Origin: Callorhinchus milii
Taxonomy: Eukaryota
NCBI RefSeq assembly: GCF_018977255.1
Contig: NW_024704742.1
Coordinates: 60,452,001 to 60,516,000, forward strand
Length of the DNA stretch: 64,000 nt
Direction: 5' to 3'
Of this stretch, positions 39,340 through 52,393 are shown piece after piece. A program made the translations under genes and the position numbers. How positions within the stretch are numbered: position 1 is the first letter of the stretch; each line of letters opens with the position of its first letter. The notes beneath the pieces are model-generated. The model was not told the origin of the DNA and searched no databases. It saw only the letters and a list, made by a program, of their open reading frames with translations.

Positions 39340-40360
39340 TGTACATTGTCTGGGGAAGTACATACACTGATTATTGTCATCTTGGTATCAATTTGCTTCA
39401 TACAAGAACCCATTTAGCCTCATCAATGCATTTTCAATGACCATATTGTTTCATTCAACAAATTGCAGTTTGCATTTTTGTTGCTCTGGTATCACTCGTA
39501 GCAACGTATGCATATTGGAATAATATTCTTCCGCTACAAATGGTGAGATTGTCCACTTTTCCTGCTCGACTGACACATGTATCGTATCCCAAGAAGCACT
39601 ACCTGTGGTACATCACTTTCCATCTTAACATCGAAAACTAACCTGTGCAAATTATGCAAGCACAGAAAGAAAACATTGTATTTTGATAGTGCTTTATCAC
39701 ATATTTGTTAAATGTCCCAAAGTGCTCTACAAATAAAGTGACTGTTTTTGTAGATAAGTACATACAACAAAGTCCTACATAGAGCTTTGTGGTAAATGAA
39801 CAAGTGATCCGGAATGATTGTTGATCCTGGAAAAAACTCCCTTCTCTTTTTGAATAGTGTCTTGGCATCTGTAACAGCTATGTGAAGAAAAGGCAGAGTA
39901 CTCTGCGGCATTAACTGCTAGGGAGATTCTTGGTACATTGGATCTATCTATAGCAATTGCAGTTTGTGGAAAGCTAGTTTTCCCTTGAAAATCATCTTCA
40001 ATCCTGGCAAGTCCATCACTTCTGAGGATTCTGATCAATGACAGTCACTGAAGGTCACCAGTCGCTGAGCACACATCAGACACAAAACTATTAGCAGCAC
40101 TTGTGGCTAACTCAGAACAAATGTGTAATGGTGCACTCATAATAACATGATCCAAGTTTCTACAGTGCCTCTGTATCTATTGCTTCACAAAATCTTTGGT
40201 CAGCACAAGCAATATGTGTGCAGCATTTATTGCCATTGAATTCAAAGGTTTCCATGTTCGCAGCAAAGCTTTCCATATCCAGTCTGCTGAGAAGAAGCCC
40301 TTCATGATATTTTCTTTCCAATCACTCCTCAAATGCAAGTTTTGGTAAATTCTCTGTGAT
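39340..40360 (-). pseudogene. Decayed PIF/Harbinger transposase split by a Deu-SINE (about 39670-39880)
   Basis: Minus-strand motifs in order: SDWKENIMKGFFSADW, METFEF, KLGSCYYECTITHLF, FVSDVCSA, FQGKTSFPQTAIAIDRSNVP...NAAEY, then DVPQVVLLG and MVIENALMRLNG. Confidence 0.75.
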
Positions 40361-40977
40361 TTGTCAGGAAATCCTATAAAGTGAAGAGAGAACGCAGGCC
40401 AAGTTCAAAATACTGTGCATCAATCTGGGGGTAGGGGGTGCAAAATCCCTACCAACACCATCACAGGAGCACCATTGCCACAAGGAATGCAGCAGTATAA
40501 AAAGAAAGCCCCACTACCATCTTTTCAGATCAAATGCAGAAGGGCAATAAATAGTCAGCCTACCAGCAATGACCATATCCTAAGATAAGTCAAAAATAGA
40601 GTGATGTGAGAATATGCCTTCTTGTCCATCTTCAGATCACACCTGAGACCTTACTCTTCAACCATGCCTGTGACCACCTCCCCTCACTCCCTGATTCGGC
40701 ATCGAGCTCCATCAATATTAAGTGATCCAAGACATTACATTTATGCCCTCCCCTTTCAGCCACTACGCCCCGAAACTCTAGAACACTCTTCCTCTATCCC
40801 TCTGCCTTTTCTTCTTCGACCGTGACTACGGTCACCACCCCCTTCCCCTGGCTCGATGTCATGCTCCACTGCTGTCAAGCACTCTGGGATGCTACCCCAC
40901 CTGAGCGGCACTATATAAATAGTTGTTGTTGTTCCCCTTACAAAATAACTGCTTGGTCTTGTACTCTTTTTGAGGAG

Positions 40978-41345
40978 AACAACAACAACAAATTATATTT
41001 GTTTAGCACCTTTCAAGTCGGGAGGAAGTCCCAAGAACCTGGACAATCAGGGACCTGAGCAGAGGGTTGCGATCAGTAGGGTTGGAGAGTAGGGAGGGTG
41101 TGGCTAGGATGGTGACCGAAGGCACGGTCGAAGAGGGTCTTGAGACATGTCTTGAAGCAGGCAAGGGAGGGAGTGAGGTAAAGAGACTGTGGGATGGAGT
41201 TCCAAAGGGTGAGTGCAGAGAGGCTGAAGGCTCGACCACCAATGGTGGGGCGGACCAGGCGAGGGACATGAAGCAGGCCGGAGCCCACTGAGCGAAGGTA
41301 GTGGACAAGTCAATGTGGAGTTAGCAGGTCACAGAGGTCGGGAGG
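40978..41345 (-). mobile_element. L2 3' fragment
   Basis: GGRAFSLSALTLWNSIP...FKTCLKT (ORF 41073-41288); (caa)n tail. Confidence 0.92.
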
Positions 41346-41631
41346 ACTCACTCCAACTATTGATCACCCTGTGTATAAATAAATAATTCCTGGTGTCTAT
41401 GCTAATATAGGGATTGATACAAACTATAGACGTACACGTGTACTGTGATTTTGATGTTGCAGAGGTCAGATGTAGTGATGAGATGTTTTTGCCTGTGGAG
41501 AGAAAGAAGTCAAGTTTGAATAACAGACATAGGATATTCTGCTTGGTTGAATTTGAAATCAGGGGTAATTTCTGGAACTTTCATCCATGTGTGAGATAAA
41601 GTGCATGATAGGATATGGACAGGAGAGAAAG

Positions 41632-41815
41632 CAACAACAACAACAAGATTTCATTTATAGAGTGCCTTTTATGTCAGGAGGACGTCCCAAGGCGCTGGAC
41701 ATTTGGGTCGGGACCTGAGCATGGAGGAAATGGTCAGGGTGATGGGAGGAAAGGGAGGGAGCGAGGATGGGGTAGAGAGTCGAGAAGGGAGCTGAAGGCA
41801 CGGTCGAAGAGAAGC
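41632..41815 (-). mobile_element. L2 3' end
   Basis: (caa)n tail; closely similar to 14888-15060. Confidence 0.9.
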
Positions 41816-42344
41816 AGACTTGATGAGCCAATTGGTCTTGTCTTCTATTATTTCTTATGTTCTTAATTTTTGTTTCTAAAAGAGCAACCTCAGGTGTAAA
41901 TGCCGTGGTTTTGAAATGTTCTACTTTAAGCAAGTATTTCTTTAACAGAGTGCACGATTTTGCAACACTAATTCATATTATTAACCTGTCATGTTTAAAT
42001 CAAACAGACTGGGATCTGTCTGTGCATTTGTCAGATCTAGTCAAAGCATTCAAAAGAATTTGATGCATGTAGGGTTTTGTCAATGTAGGCTGTCCGCTTG
42101 CAATAATCGAAATAAAGGGGCAATTTTACAAAGTGCCTTTGATAACATTCTCATTCAGAATGACAAAATGTGACCTCTTAAAATGATCATTTGTCAGTTT
42201 TTTGTTCATGTTTAAATCCATTGGCAAACTAGTCTGTCTTTATCAGTGTTTGTACTGCAAGATTTAATGAAATCATCTTTCTTGTATGAAAAAGAACAGC
42301 TATCATTCATGGAAACCGCATAGACGAGATTCTATATTTACCTA

Positions 42345-42835
42345 ATGGCCAGTGCAGGGCATGTGGAATCGATCTGCTGGAAAATAGGGAGCCAGTGTAG
42401 CCTGGCAAGGATTGGGATGATATGCAAGCAAAGTTTAACATGGCTAAGAATATGAGCAGCCAAGTCTTGGATTAGCTGGAGCTTGTGGATAGTATAGCAA
42501 GAGAGGCTGGTGAGGAAGGCGTTGGAGAAATGCAGGTAATGAAGGTGTGGATAAAGGTTTCAGCATCATTCAGCATGAGATTGGGATGGAAGCTAGCGAT
42601 CTGGCCAAAGTGAAGAAAGGTGGTGGTCAGGGACCAGATGAAAGGAATAAAAGAAAGCTAGGAGTCAAACAGAACTCCAAGATTAAACATAGGTTTAGTG
42701 AGGTAAATAGAGCAAGTAGGAATGTTGGAGGTAATTGGAGCTTGAGGCACAAAGGATTTGCAAGTGCAGAGTGAGATGTCTTTCATTTTGTCAGCATTGA
42801 GCTAAATTAAGTTGAGACTCATCCAGGACTTGATA
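42345..42835 (-). mobile_element. Old L2 ORF2 fragment
   Basis: Reverse complement gives SWMSLNLI*LNADK and LGVLFDS-type remnants. Confidence 0.7.
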
Positions 42836-43499
42836 GTATATGATGATAATATTTGCATTTCAGGGTGACTTTCACATCAGGAGGACGTCTGAAAGGACTT
42901 CATAGGATATACTGTAATATGTAGTGACTCTATTTTGTAGGCAAACACAGCAGGCAATTTGTGCACAACATTGTCCCACAAAGTGAATAATCAATTGTAT
43001 CTTGGAAATTATTGGCTAGGACATTCGTAGATACTCTTTTCTCTTTCCCAATAATGATACCTGCTGGGCAAGAACTTCAGCGGATCCAGAATCAAGGATG
43101 AAAGCAGAGAAATATCTTTGTGTGTCGTCCACATACATGTGGAAATTTACTTGTTTCAAACCATTCTTTCTGGGCTCTCTCTGTCTCTGCTCAAATATTA
43201 AAGTGGCTGATCTCTGTAGGAAACGGCCCACAAATCTGCAATGAATATACTATACTTTTTCACTTGTGTATTTAATGTTTATGTCCTTTTCAGCCCTTGA
43301 AATTACCAATATTGCTTTCAAGTAACAGCAGCACTTGTCCAACATTTAAAGTAGGTTGTGTGCATCATGGGATGCATTTTAATGACTACTGTGAATGATT
43401 TGTTTTCTTCAATATAAATGATCTGTTATGTATTTTTTCAGAGATTGAGTTGGACTGAAAAACCAACTGCTGTAGTATACACAGATACAACTCCATAGA

Positions 43500-43920
43500 A
43501 TTGTGGTTCGCAAGACTACAAGAGAGGTTTGGATGAAGAAAGCCCTTCAGCCCATCCAATTTCATCCTTCCAGAATACTGACAGTATCATTCTCCCATCA
43601 CAGCATCAAGCTGCTTTTTTAAAATAAATCCAATGTCCTGGTCTCAACCATTCCTCCTGGCAACCTGTTCCAGTTGTTAATAGGTAACGAAAAACTTTCT
43701 TATATGTGTCTTGAAATTACCCTTTGCAACCCTGAACCTATGTCCACTTGTTATTCTATTTTGGTGCAACCTAAAGTATTGATCTGGGTTTACTTTTCAA
43801 TCCAATTTAAAATCGTATACATGGCTAAATGGTCCTCTCTGAGGCATCGTCTCTCAAGACTGAAGAGCCCCAGCTTCCCTAACCATTTCTCTAACACTGG
43901 GGACCAACCTTATTGCATTC
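43500..43920 (-). mobile_element. Old CR1-type 3' fragment
   Basis: agactgaagagccccagc and ggcaacctgttccag; similar to pieces at about 1610-1860 and 33590-33740. Confidence 0.65.
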
Positions 43921-45517
43921 TAGATTTCCATTGAGTAAACAAGTCCTCACAGAGAAGGCATGGCACTGGATAAGACAAAATGTCCATTATTTCTACCAAA
44001 GATTTCTCAAAGTAATTGCATCCTTATGTTTGTTGCTTAATCAAACTCAACTCCGTAACAACACCAATCATTCAATCCCATGAGAATGAAGAGCATACAT
44101 TAACCCTATAATCAAATTGTGGCATTCACCCACAAAACATACAGTCCCTGCACGTTATAATATATCCCTTGAAGCACTTTGGGAGTTCCTTCCAAAATGA
44201 AAGGCACTATACCAATGCAAGCATTATTATCATTATTATTATCATCAAACTCTTAAGAAATTTTGCATTTTCACCTCAACGTTTCTGTTGAATATTGGAG
44301 TTAAATCTCCTTTAGAATATTTTGATTCTGAATGCTACACATCTAAGATTTACAGAGGTCGGGCTGCAGTGGGTAGCAGAGCTATAACAACAGTGCTGGC
44401 TTTGGAACCGTGACTATAAATTAGTCCCAAGAAGGACATTCAGATCTGGCTTTTGACAGTTCTTGGCTGAGCTACTAAATGAAATGTCTCATGAGAACCG
44501 AGTACTGTTCAGCTCAGAGGAAACAGAAACAAAGCACACTTATTTTATTGCATGTAGACTGTGCCTTCACTAATTACAAAGAGCCAATGGAGGTAGAAAT
44601 TTGCAGCACATTGTGTCAACTAAATGGTTAAATGCTTTTGACTTCTTTTTATTCCCTGTGAATGTCTACAAGGGGGGAAAAAATCAAATGCATCAAATTT
44701 GATCAGAATGACTTTTCAATTTCAAATTTCAATAATGAGCATTAAAATGATAATCAGGCCTCATCCTAGCTCCCAGTAGAGAGTGCATAAGTCAAACAAG
44801 AATTAATAAGAAACATACGCAACATTCAACCATCTTAAACAGATCTGTAATATCGTTTCTGTAAATCTTGCTAAGTGAAATATTAACTGAGAAAATGGAA
44901 TAAAGATAAAACAAGCTGCACTAGTCAGACCTTTGCATTTTAAATACAGTGCTTTTTTGTGTGAATCAAATAAATCATCCGGACATTTGTATAAATGTTA
45001 AGCAGTTCCTGGGTATCCCTATGGATCACATCAAATGCTGCATTCTGCATATTAATTCTCTCTCAGGTAGGTATGTAGCAATTTAAATGCTTACATCTCA
45101 TTCAGTGGAGTCTCTTTGCAGGTAGGTGTGGCACTTCAGCAGCATTCATTGACATGCTCATAATTATAAGTGAAACCATTCTGCTCTCTTTTTACTTTTA
45201 CAAATCTCAGCAAAGTAGGACGGGGCAACAGCGAGATCAATTATTTAAAAATAATTCATCTGAAATATTTCACAAATTTCTGTCACTTGTTAAAACTAAT
45301 TTTGCACAAATGTATACTTGATTTATGGGTTACTGATCTGACAAGAAACACCACCACTTATAAACACACTATTGTTATATTAATAATCTACTTAGTTGTC
45401 CCATAATGACGTTCAATATATCACCCCTACTTTTTTACTCGTTCTGCAATGTATTTTGTGGAATGCTGTTTATAGAAGAGTAGAAGTTGTCAAAAGTACA
45501 AACTATATATTATTGGG

Positions 45518-45960
45518 TGTCAATCTGGCTCAATTGATAGTACTTTTGCCTCTGAATCAGAAGGTTGTTGTTCAAGTTTCATGTCGAGACTTGGAACTCA
45601 TATAGACTAAACTGACACTCCAATGCTAGTGCTGGGAATGTCCTGCATTGTCAGAGATGCTGTCCTTCAGACAAGACTTGAAACCGAGGCCTCATCTGCC
45701 TATTCAGGTGGATGTTAAAGATCCCATGACAATAATTGAAAAGAGAAGGAAGTTTCTGCTGGTATCCGGGCCAACAATCCCCCAAATGAAATCAATCATT
45801 CACTTCATGGTTGTTTGTAGGACATCGCTGCTCGCAAATTGGCTGCTGCATTCACCCACAAACAACAGTAACTGCACTTTACAGTATATCCTTTGAAGAT
45901 CTTTCAGACATCATCCTGACGTGAAAGGCACTATACCAATTGTAAGGATTATTATTATTC
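45518..45960 (+). mobile_element. Deu-domain SINE, near full length
   Basis: tRNA-like head, Deu domain (gcattgtcagagatgctgtccttcag...aaaccgaggcc...caggtggatgttaaagatcccatg), L2-like tail with (att)n. Confidence 0.85.
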
Positions 45961-48453
45961 AAGAGCATATTCCAGTCCAAATAACCCTATACTAATGGTT
46001 CATAATGTAGGTTTGATTTTCAGTATGCAACTGTTCAGACAGTTGGGACTTTGCTTACAGTCATGGCTGATCTGCAGGGCTGTACTGGACAGTATTATGT
46101 TCTCAGAGGTGTTGGCTGGCGAATGAGATGCTAAATGAAGATACCACCAACCTGTTCAGTTGCACTGTTGGAAAAGAGAAGGGAGTTGTCAAACAGATCC
46201 TGTCCAAAAATCCTTTAAGTTAAACTGATCACTCACTTCATGGTTGCCCGCAGGACTTTCATGTGTGCTAAATGGCTGCGTGTTTGCTTAGAACAACAAC
46301 AACTTACATTTTGCCCACAAATACACGGTCAATTCAATGTTAAGAAGAGGGTAAAAAACGCTATATCAAATGCAAGGCTTATTATATTATTTATATAGCA
46401 CCCCTCACTCAGGGCAGCATCCCAGAGCGCTTGGCAATGGTGGAGCATGACTCGGCCACTATCTATACAGTAACTACACTTGAGAGCAATTACCTATGAA
46501 GCACTTTGATGTGTTTCAACAGTACAGGTACTATATCAAATGCAAGTGATTTATTATTATAAATATTATTTATTATAACCACCGATCAACATTTCCACAC
46601 TTTACAAAGGCTGAATAGTCTGCTTCCAGTTCTATGTTTCTATATATTCTGCAGCTTGAAGGTCAAATGTTAATGTGTAGTCCATGGCAATGCCTTTGTA
46701 CTAAATTTCACAAAAACTTGAATGTGAAATAGCATCTTTCACTTCAGGAGGACATCTCAAAGCCCTTAACGTGCATCTGAACACCTGAAATTGTTGGTTC
46801 TTTGAAGTGCATTGTTTCAATGAACTGTAAGTTACAGTGAATTTTACTTCAATCCAAATTAATGATAAAAGGAACAAAAAGGGATTATGTTTAATAAATT
46901 AAATATGTAAAGAGATTGTTTAATTAATACATGCAGGTTTTAATTACTCTAGTGTGCTCACAGAATTCAGTAGAGATCTTTAATTAATTTTTTTGAAGAA
47001 GAATAATCAGAATCCCATGTTAGTGCTAATCCCTTCAGACAATGAACTTTTAGTAAATTAGTTTCACACTAATATATCACCATTATTTAAGTGACATTAG
47101 CTGGGAAATATTCAATCTATTACAACCACATACAATAAGCAAAGAGTGTCAACTGACACAAAATCACCTCTTCGTATTGCCCGTAAGGCTATTTTGTTTT
47201 AAAATTTAAAATAATGCACAACAATATTTAAATACAGTCTTAATTTGGAAGCCAGTCGTTTGCAGTTCTGAAAGAGAAACCAGCTTCTAAAATGATTTAA
47301 GAATTTTCCACAATTCAGCACATTTTTAAATTATAAAGCAAAATAATAATAATAATCCACTTAAGCAGTGTGAGGAGGGAACTGAGTGACTGTGGAACAG
47401 AATGAGAATTATTTTAAGGAATTTGGTAAGAGTGGGAATTCAGTGCAGAGGGGGAAAGAGGTGCATAATTACAAAATATGTAAAGGTTATTTTAAAATAT
47501 TATAAAACATGTCTGGGAATATGGCAGGGCAGCTGAGACCGGTTGCACAGACAATGTGTACCATGTGGGAACTCCAGACATGGACAGACACGTGTGTTGG
47601 ATGTGCCTCCAGACGCTCGAGCTTGAGCTCAGAGTTTCTGAGACTTTCTGAGCTCAAGGAGAGGCTGGTGTCATTACATAGCACACCTGAGGCTGAAGAG
47701 TCATGGATCGAATGTTTCAGGAGGTGGTCACCCCACAGCCACAGAGGATTCAGAAGGAGAATGAGTAAGTGACCACCCGGCATGGCAGGAAGAGCGGACG
47801 GGCAGTACAGAAATCCATTGATAGTGTGGTACTCACAAACCAGTTCTCTGTACTGAATACTGGTCAGGGTGATGACACCACTGAAGAGGGGAGTCAAAAG
47901 CAAATGGATGCACAGGGGGAGGACAGGGAAGAGTGTCAATGCAATTGTCATTGGGGACACAATGGTGAAAGGAGGCGTTTGTGTAGTCCATGGCGAAATG
48001 TTCTACAGGGGGAAGGGGAACATCCAGAAATCGTGGTCCATGACATAGGGATCCATGATGTAGGGTAAAAAAATGGGCTGAGTTCCTACAGGGAGAATGT
48101 CAGAAGCTAGGGAAAAAGCTAAAGAGTAGAATCTCAAAGGTGGTGATCTCTGGATTACTCCCAATGTAAATAAGTATCAAAACAGCAGGATTAAACACAT
48201 GATTGCATGGCTGGAGAAATAGTGCAGAAAGGAGGGCTTCAGGTTCCTAGATCATTGGTACCAGTTCTGGGGCAGGTAGAACCTGTATAAGGTGGATGGG
48301 TTACACCTGAACAGGGCTGAGACCAATGACCTCACAGAGAGGTTAACTAGTGCTGTGGGGAAGGGATGCAACTGATTTGAAGCAGGGAAGGGAATCAGGA
48401 TGTAGCATTGAAGAGGACAAACAAGTTATATAGTGGGCTGGGAAAGCAGCAGT

Positions 48454-49145
48454 GTGAAAGGCACTATATAAATGTGATTCTGTTGTTGTATTAATATTCA
48501 AATTGGGAGGATGTCCCCAGGGGCTGGATAGACAAAGTTATGGACCCTAGCTAGGGTTCGGGGCGGGGGGGAAGCAGGGAGATTGAAAGCATGGTCGAAG
48601 AGGAGGGTTTCAGGTAGGTCTTCAAGGTGGCGAGGAAGGGAATGAGGTGGAGGGACTGCAGGATGGAGTTCCAGAGGGTAGATGCTGAGTGGCAGAAGGC
48701 CCACCTGCTGATAGTGGAGCGAGCGAGGCGGGGGCCGTGAAGCAGGCCAGAGCCTGCTGAGCAGAGGGAGCGAGCAGGATGGTAGGAGTTTAGGAGGTTG
48801 CAGAGATAGGGTGGAGCAAAACCATGGAGGGCTTTGAAGGTGAGGACCAGGATGTTGAACTGTATCCTCTGTGTAATGGGAAGCCAGTGGAGTCAGGCGA
48901 GGATGGGGGTGATAGGGTCACGGAGCCAGGTGCAGGAGAGGACATGGGCTGCAGAGTTATGGATGATCTGCAGCCTGTGTAGGGAGGAGTTGGGGAGGCC
49001 GACAAGCAGTGTGCTTGCATAGTCGAGCCTCAATGTAATGAAGGCGTGTATGAGGGTTTCGGCGGCCTGCGGTGTGAGACGGTGTCGGAGCCGGGCGATG
49101 TTGTGGAGGTGGGGGAAGGCAGAGTGGGTCATGGCGCAGATGTGG
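48454..49145 (-). mobile_element. L2 3' fragment nested in CR1
   Basis: AETLIHAFITLRLDYA (ORF 48893-49132); highly similar to 54800-55465. Confidence 0.93.
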
Positions 49146-49546
49146 AATAATCAGGAGTAATCCAGAAAAAAGGAGGTATTAGATGGGGGAGGAATGCACA
49201 ACAGACTAAGTCAGTCTTGGAGTGTATGTGTGTAAATGCACAGAGTGACAAATAAGATTGGTGAGCTGCAGGCTCAAGTTGCCACATGAGGTTATGATGT
49301 AGTAGCAATAACAGAGACCTGGCTCAAACAAGGCAGGCATGGGAGCTCAATATTCCCGGCTAAAATGTATTAGGAAGGATAGGAAAGGCAACAAAAGGAG
49401 GGGGCGTGGCAATATTGATTAAAGACACGGTTACGGCCCTGGAAAGGGATAATGTGCTAGAGGGTCCAAAAACATAATCTATTTCATTAGAGTTAAGGAG
49501 CCGAAAAGGAGCGATTACTCTGTTAGTTGTACATTATAGATCACCA

Positions 49547-49865
49547 ATAATAATAATAATAATCCTTGTATTTGATATAGCGCTTTTCATGTCTTTTCTA
49601 CGTCTCAAAGCGCTTCACAGAATACGCTGTAAAGTGAATTGACTGTATATTTGTGGGCGAAACGCGCAGCCAATTGCACAGCAGTGTCCCACAAATAGTC
49701 GTGGATTGAAAATGACCAATTTATTATTGGTTTTGTTTTTTTTGGAGGGATTATTATTAGGCGTGGGGAGTAAGGAAACTTGCCCAAGATTTCGCACTGC
49801 CTGGAATTGAACCTAGGTGTCTCACTTGCAAGGTGAGTGCTCTAACTACTGAGCTATAGGACTCC
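49547..49865 (-). mobile_element. tRNA-SINE, internally deleted variant, nested in the CR1 endonuclease region
   Basis: Complete head (ggagtcctatagctcagtag) to (aat)n tail, inserted just after the YRSP codons. Confidence 0.93.
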
Positions 49866-52393
49866 AAGGATAGACAAGCAAATCTGCAAACAGATTTCAG
49901 AAAGATGCAAAACCATTAGAATAGCGATAATGGGGGACTTCAATAATCCAAACATAGACGGGAAAAATAACAGTGTAAAGGGCAAGGAGGGGGAAGGATT
50001 CCTGAAATATGTGCAGGATAACTTTCTGGATCAGTATGTTTCCAGTCCAACGAGGAAGAAAGCAATGGGAAGCCTTCAAGGAGGAGATAGTTCAGTCACC
50101 CAACAAATACATTCCCACAAATGGGAAAGGTGGGGCATCCAAACCTCCCTGGATGAATAGGGAAATTGGGATTAAAATAAAACAGAAAAAGGAGGCTTAT
50201 GATAAATGTCAGGTCCAAAATACAGAAGATAATCAAATAGAATATAGAAAGTACAGAAGAGAACTGAAAAAGGACATAAGAAGGGGAAAGAGATTGTATG
50301 AGAAAATATTAGTGGGTAACATAAAAGGGAACCCTAAGGTATTTTCGAAGTATATAAAGAATAAAAGGTTAGTGAAAGGTAGGGTGGGTCCAATTAGGGA
50401 CCAAAGCGGAAATCTTGTGGAGGCAGAGGGCATGGCTGACATATTGAATGAATACTTTGCATCTATCTTCACAAAAGAAGAAGATGTAGCCAATGCCACA
50501 GAGGAGAGGATAGAGAAATTGGATAAGATGAGAATAAACAGAGAAGTGGTACTAAAATGGTTGTCGGTGCTCAAGATAGATAAGTCACCCAGTCCAGACG
50601 AGATGTATCCCGGGTTATTGAGGGAAGTAAGGGTGGAAAGAATGGAGGATCTGGCCACAATCTTTCAATCCTTCTTGGACACCAGGATAGTGCCAGAGGA
50701 CTGGAAGGTTGCAAATGTTACTCCCTTGTACAAAAAGGGGCAGAAGGATAAACCCGGGAACTATATGCCAGTCAGCCTAATGTCAGTAGTGGGGAAACTT
50801 CTAGAGACTATAATCTGGGACAAAATAAATTTTTACTTAGAAAAATATGGGATAATAAAGGACAGCTGACACGGATTTGTTTAAAGGCAATTCAAGCTAA
50901 ATAGAAGCCCACAGTATTAAAGAGACAGTGGCAGCATAAATACAGAACTGATTGGGAGACAGAAAGCAGAGAGTGGTGCAAAACAGTTGTTTTTCTGACT
51001 GGAGGGAAATGTGCAATGATGTCCCCCAGGGGTCAGTATTGGGACCACTGCTGGTTTGATCTATATAAATGACCTGGACTTGGGAGTACAATTTCCCAAG
51101 GGATAGGGAGTACAATTTCCAAGTTTGCAGATGATACTAAGCTAGGAAAAGTAGTAAACAGTGAGGAGGATAGCAGCAGACTGCAAATAGACATAGATAG
51201 ACTGGTAAAATGGGCGGACACATTGCGGATGAAGTTTAATGTGGATAAATGCGAAGTGATGCTTTTTGGGAGGAAGAATGAGGAGAGGCAATATAAGCTG
51301 ATGGTACAACCTTAAAAGGGGTGAAGGAACAGAGACCTGGGGGTTCATATAAGTAAATCTTTGAAGGTGGCAGGACAGGCAGACAAAGCTGTTAAAAAAG
51401 CATATGGGATACTAGACTTTATAAATAGGGACATAGAATACAAAAGTCAGGAAGTTATGATGAACCTTTATAAAACACTGGTTAGCCCTCAGCCAGAGAC
51501 TGTGTTCAGCTCTGGTACCACACTTTAGGAAGGATGTCAAGGCATTGGAGAGGGTGCAACAGAAATTTACCAGGATGGTACCAGGAATGAGGGACTTCAG
51601 TAATGAGGAGAGGCTGGAGAAGCTAGGGTTATTCTCCTGGGAGCAGAGAAGGATAAGAGGAGACTTAACAGAAGTTTTCAAAATTATGAGGGAATTCGAT
51701 AGGGTGAACAAGAAGAAACTATTTCCATTGGCAGATGGGTCAGTAACCCAAGAGAACCAATTTAAAATAGTTGTTAAAGAAACAGAGTGGAGGTGAGGAG
51801 AAATGTTTTTTACACAGCGAGTTGTTCGGATCTTGAATACATTGTCTGACAGGGTGATGGAAGCCAATTTGATAACAGCTTTTAAGAGAGAAGTAGATAA
51901 TTATTTGGGGAGGACAAGTTTGCAGGGCTATGGAGAGAGCGTGGGGAGTGGGATTTATTTGGATAGCTCTTTTCAAAGTGTTAGCACAGACACAATGAGC
52001 TGAATGGCCTCCTTCTGTGCTGTATAAATCTATGATTTTATCCTTGCATTGGTCCAACCAGCTACGATTAACTAGAATTGTGGGTATCTTAGGATATATT
52101 GCGAGGAATTTATTATGTATTGATAAACCTAAATAAATTATGGTGGGACACTGGACATATTTTTTTAAATAGTTTGATGCTGTGATGGGAAGACAGTAGC
52201 TTTTTCTAGTTCAACCGTGTTGTCTAATGCATACAGAAACACATTATTATTTGTAAGAGTATCCAAACCATGAATTGGGAGGATGTGTAAGGAAAAGATC
52301 AAATTGGCTAAAAGACTGATTTCATCCGAATCAATCTTCTGGGCAATTTTAGTCTTGTGCACAAGCAACCATAATATATACTGTTCTAATAAT

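Larger units (their letters stand above)
47365..52040 (+). mobile_element. Near-full-length CR1 LINE with nested L2 and SINE and internal deletions
   Basis: ORF1 start MSGNMAGQLRP (matches MSENLAGQLRP of the other copy), EN GDFN, ORF 50009-50869, PQGSVLGP, FADDTKL, 3' tail. Confidence 0.97.
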
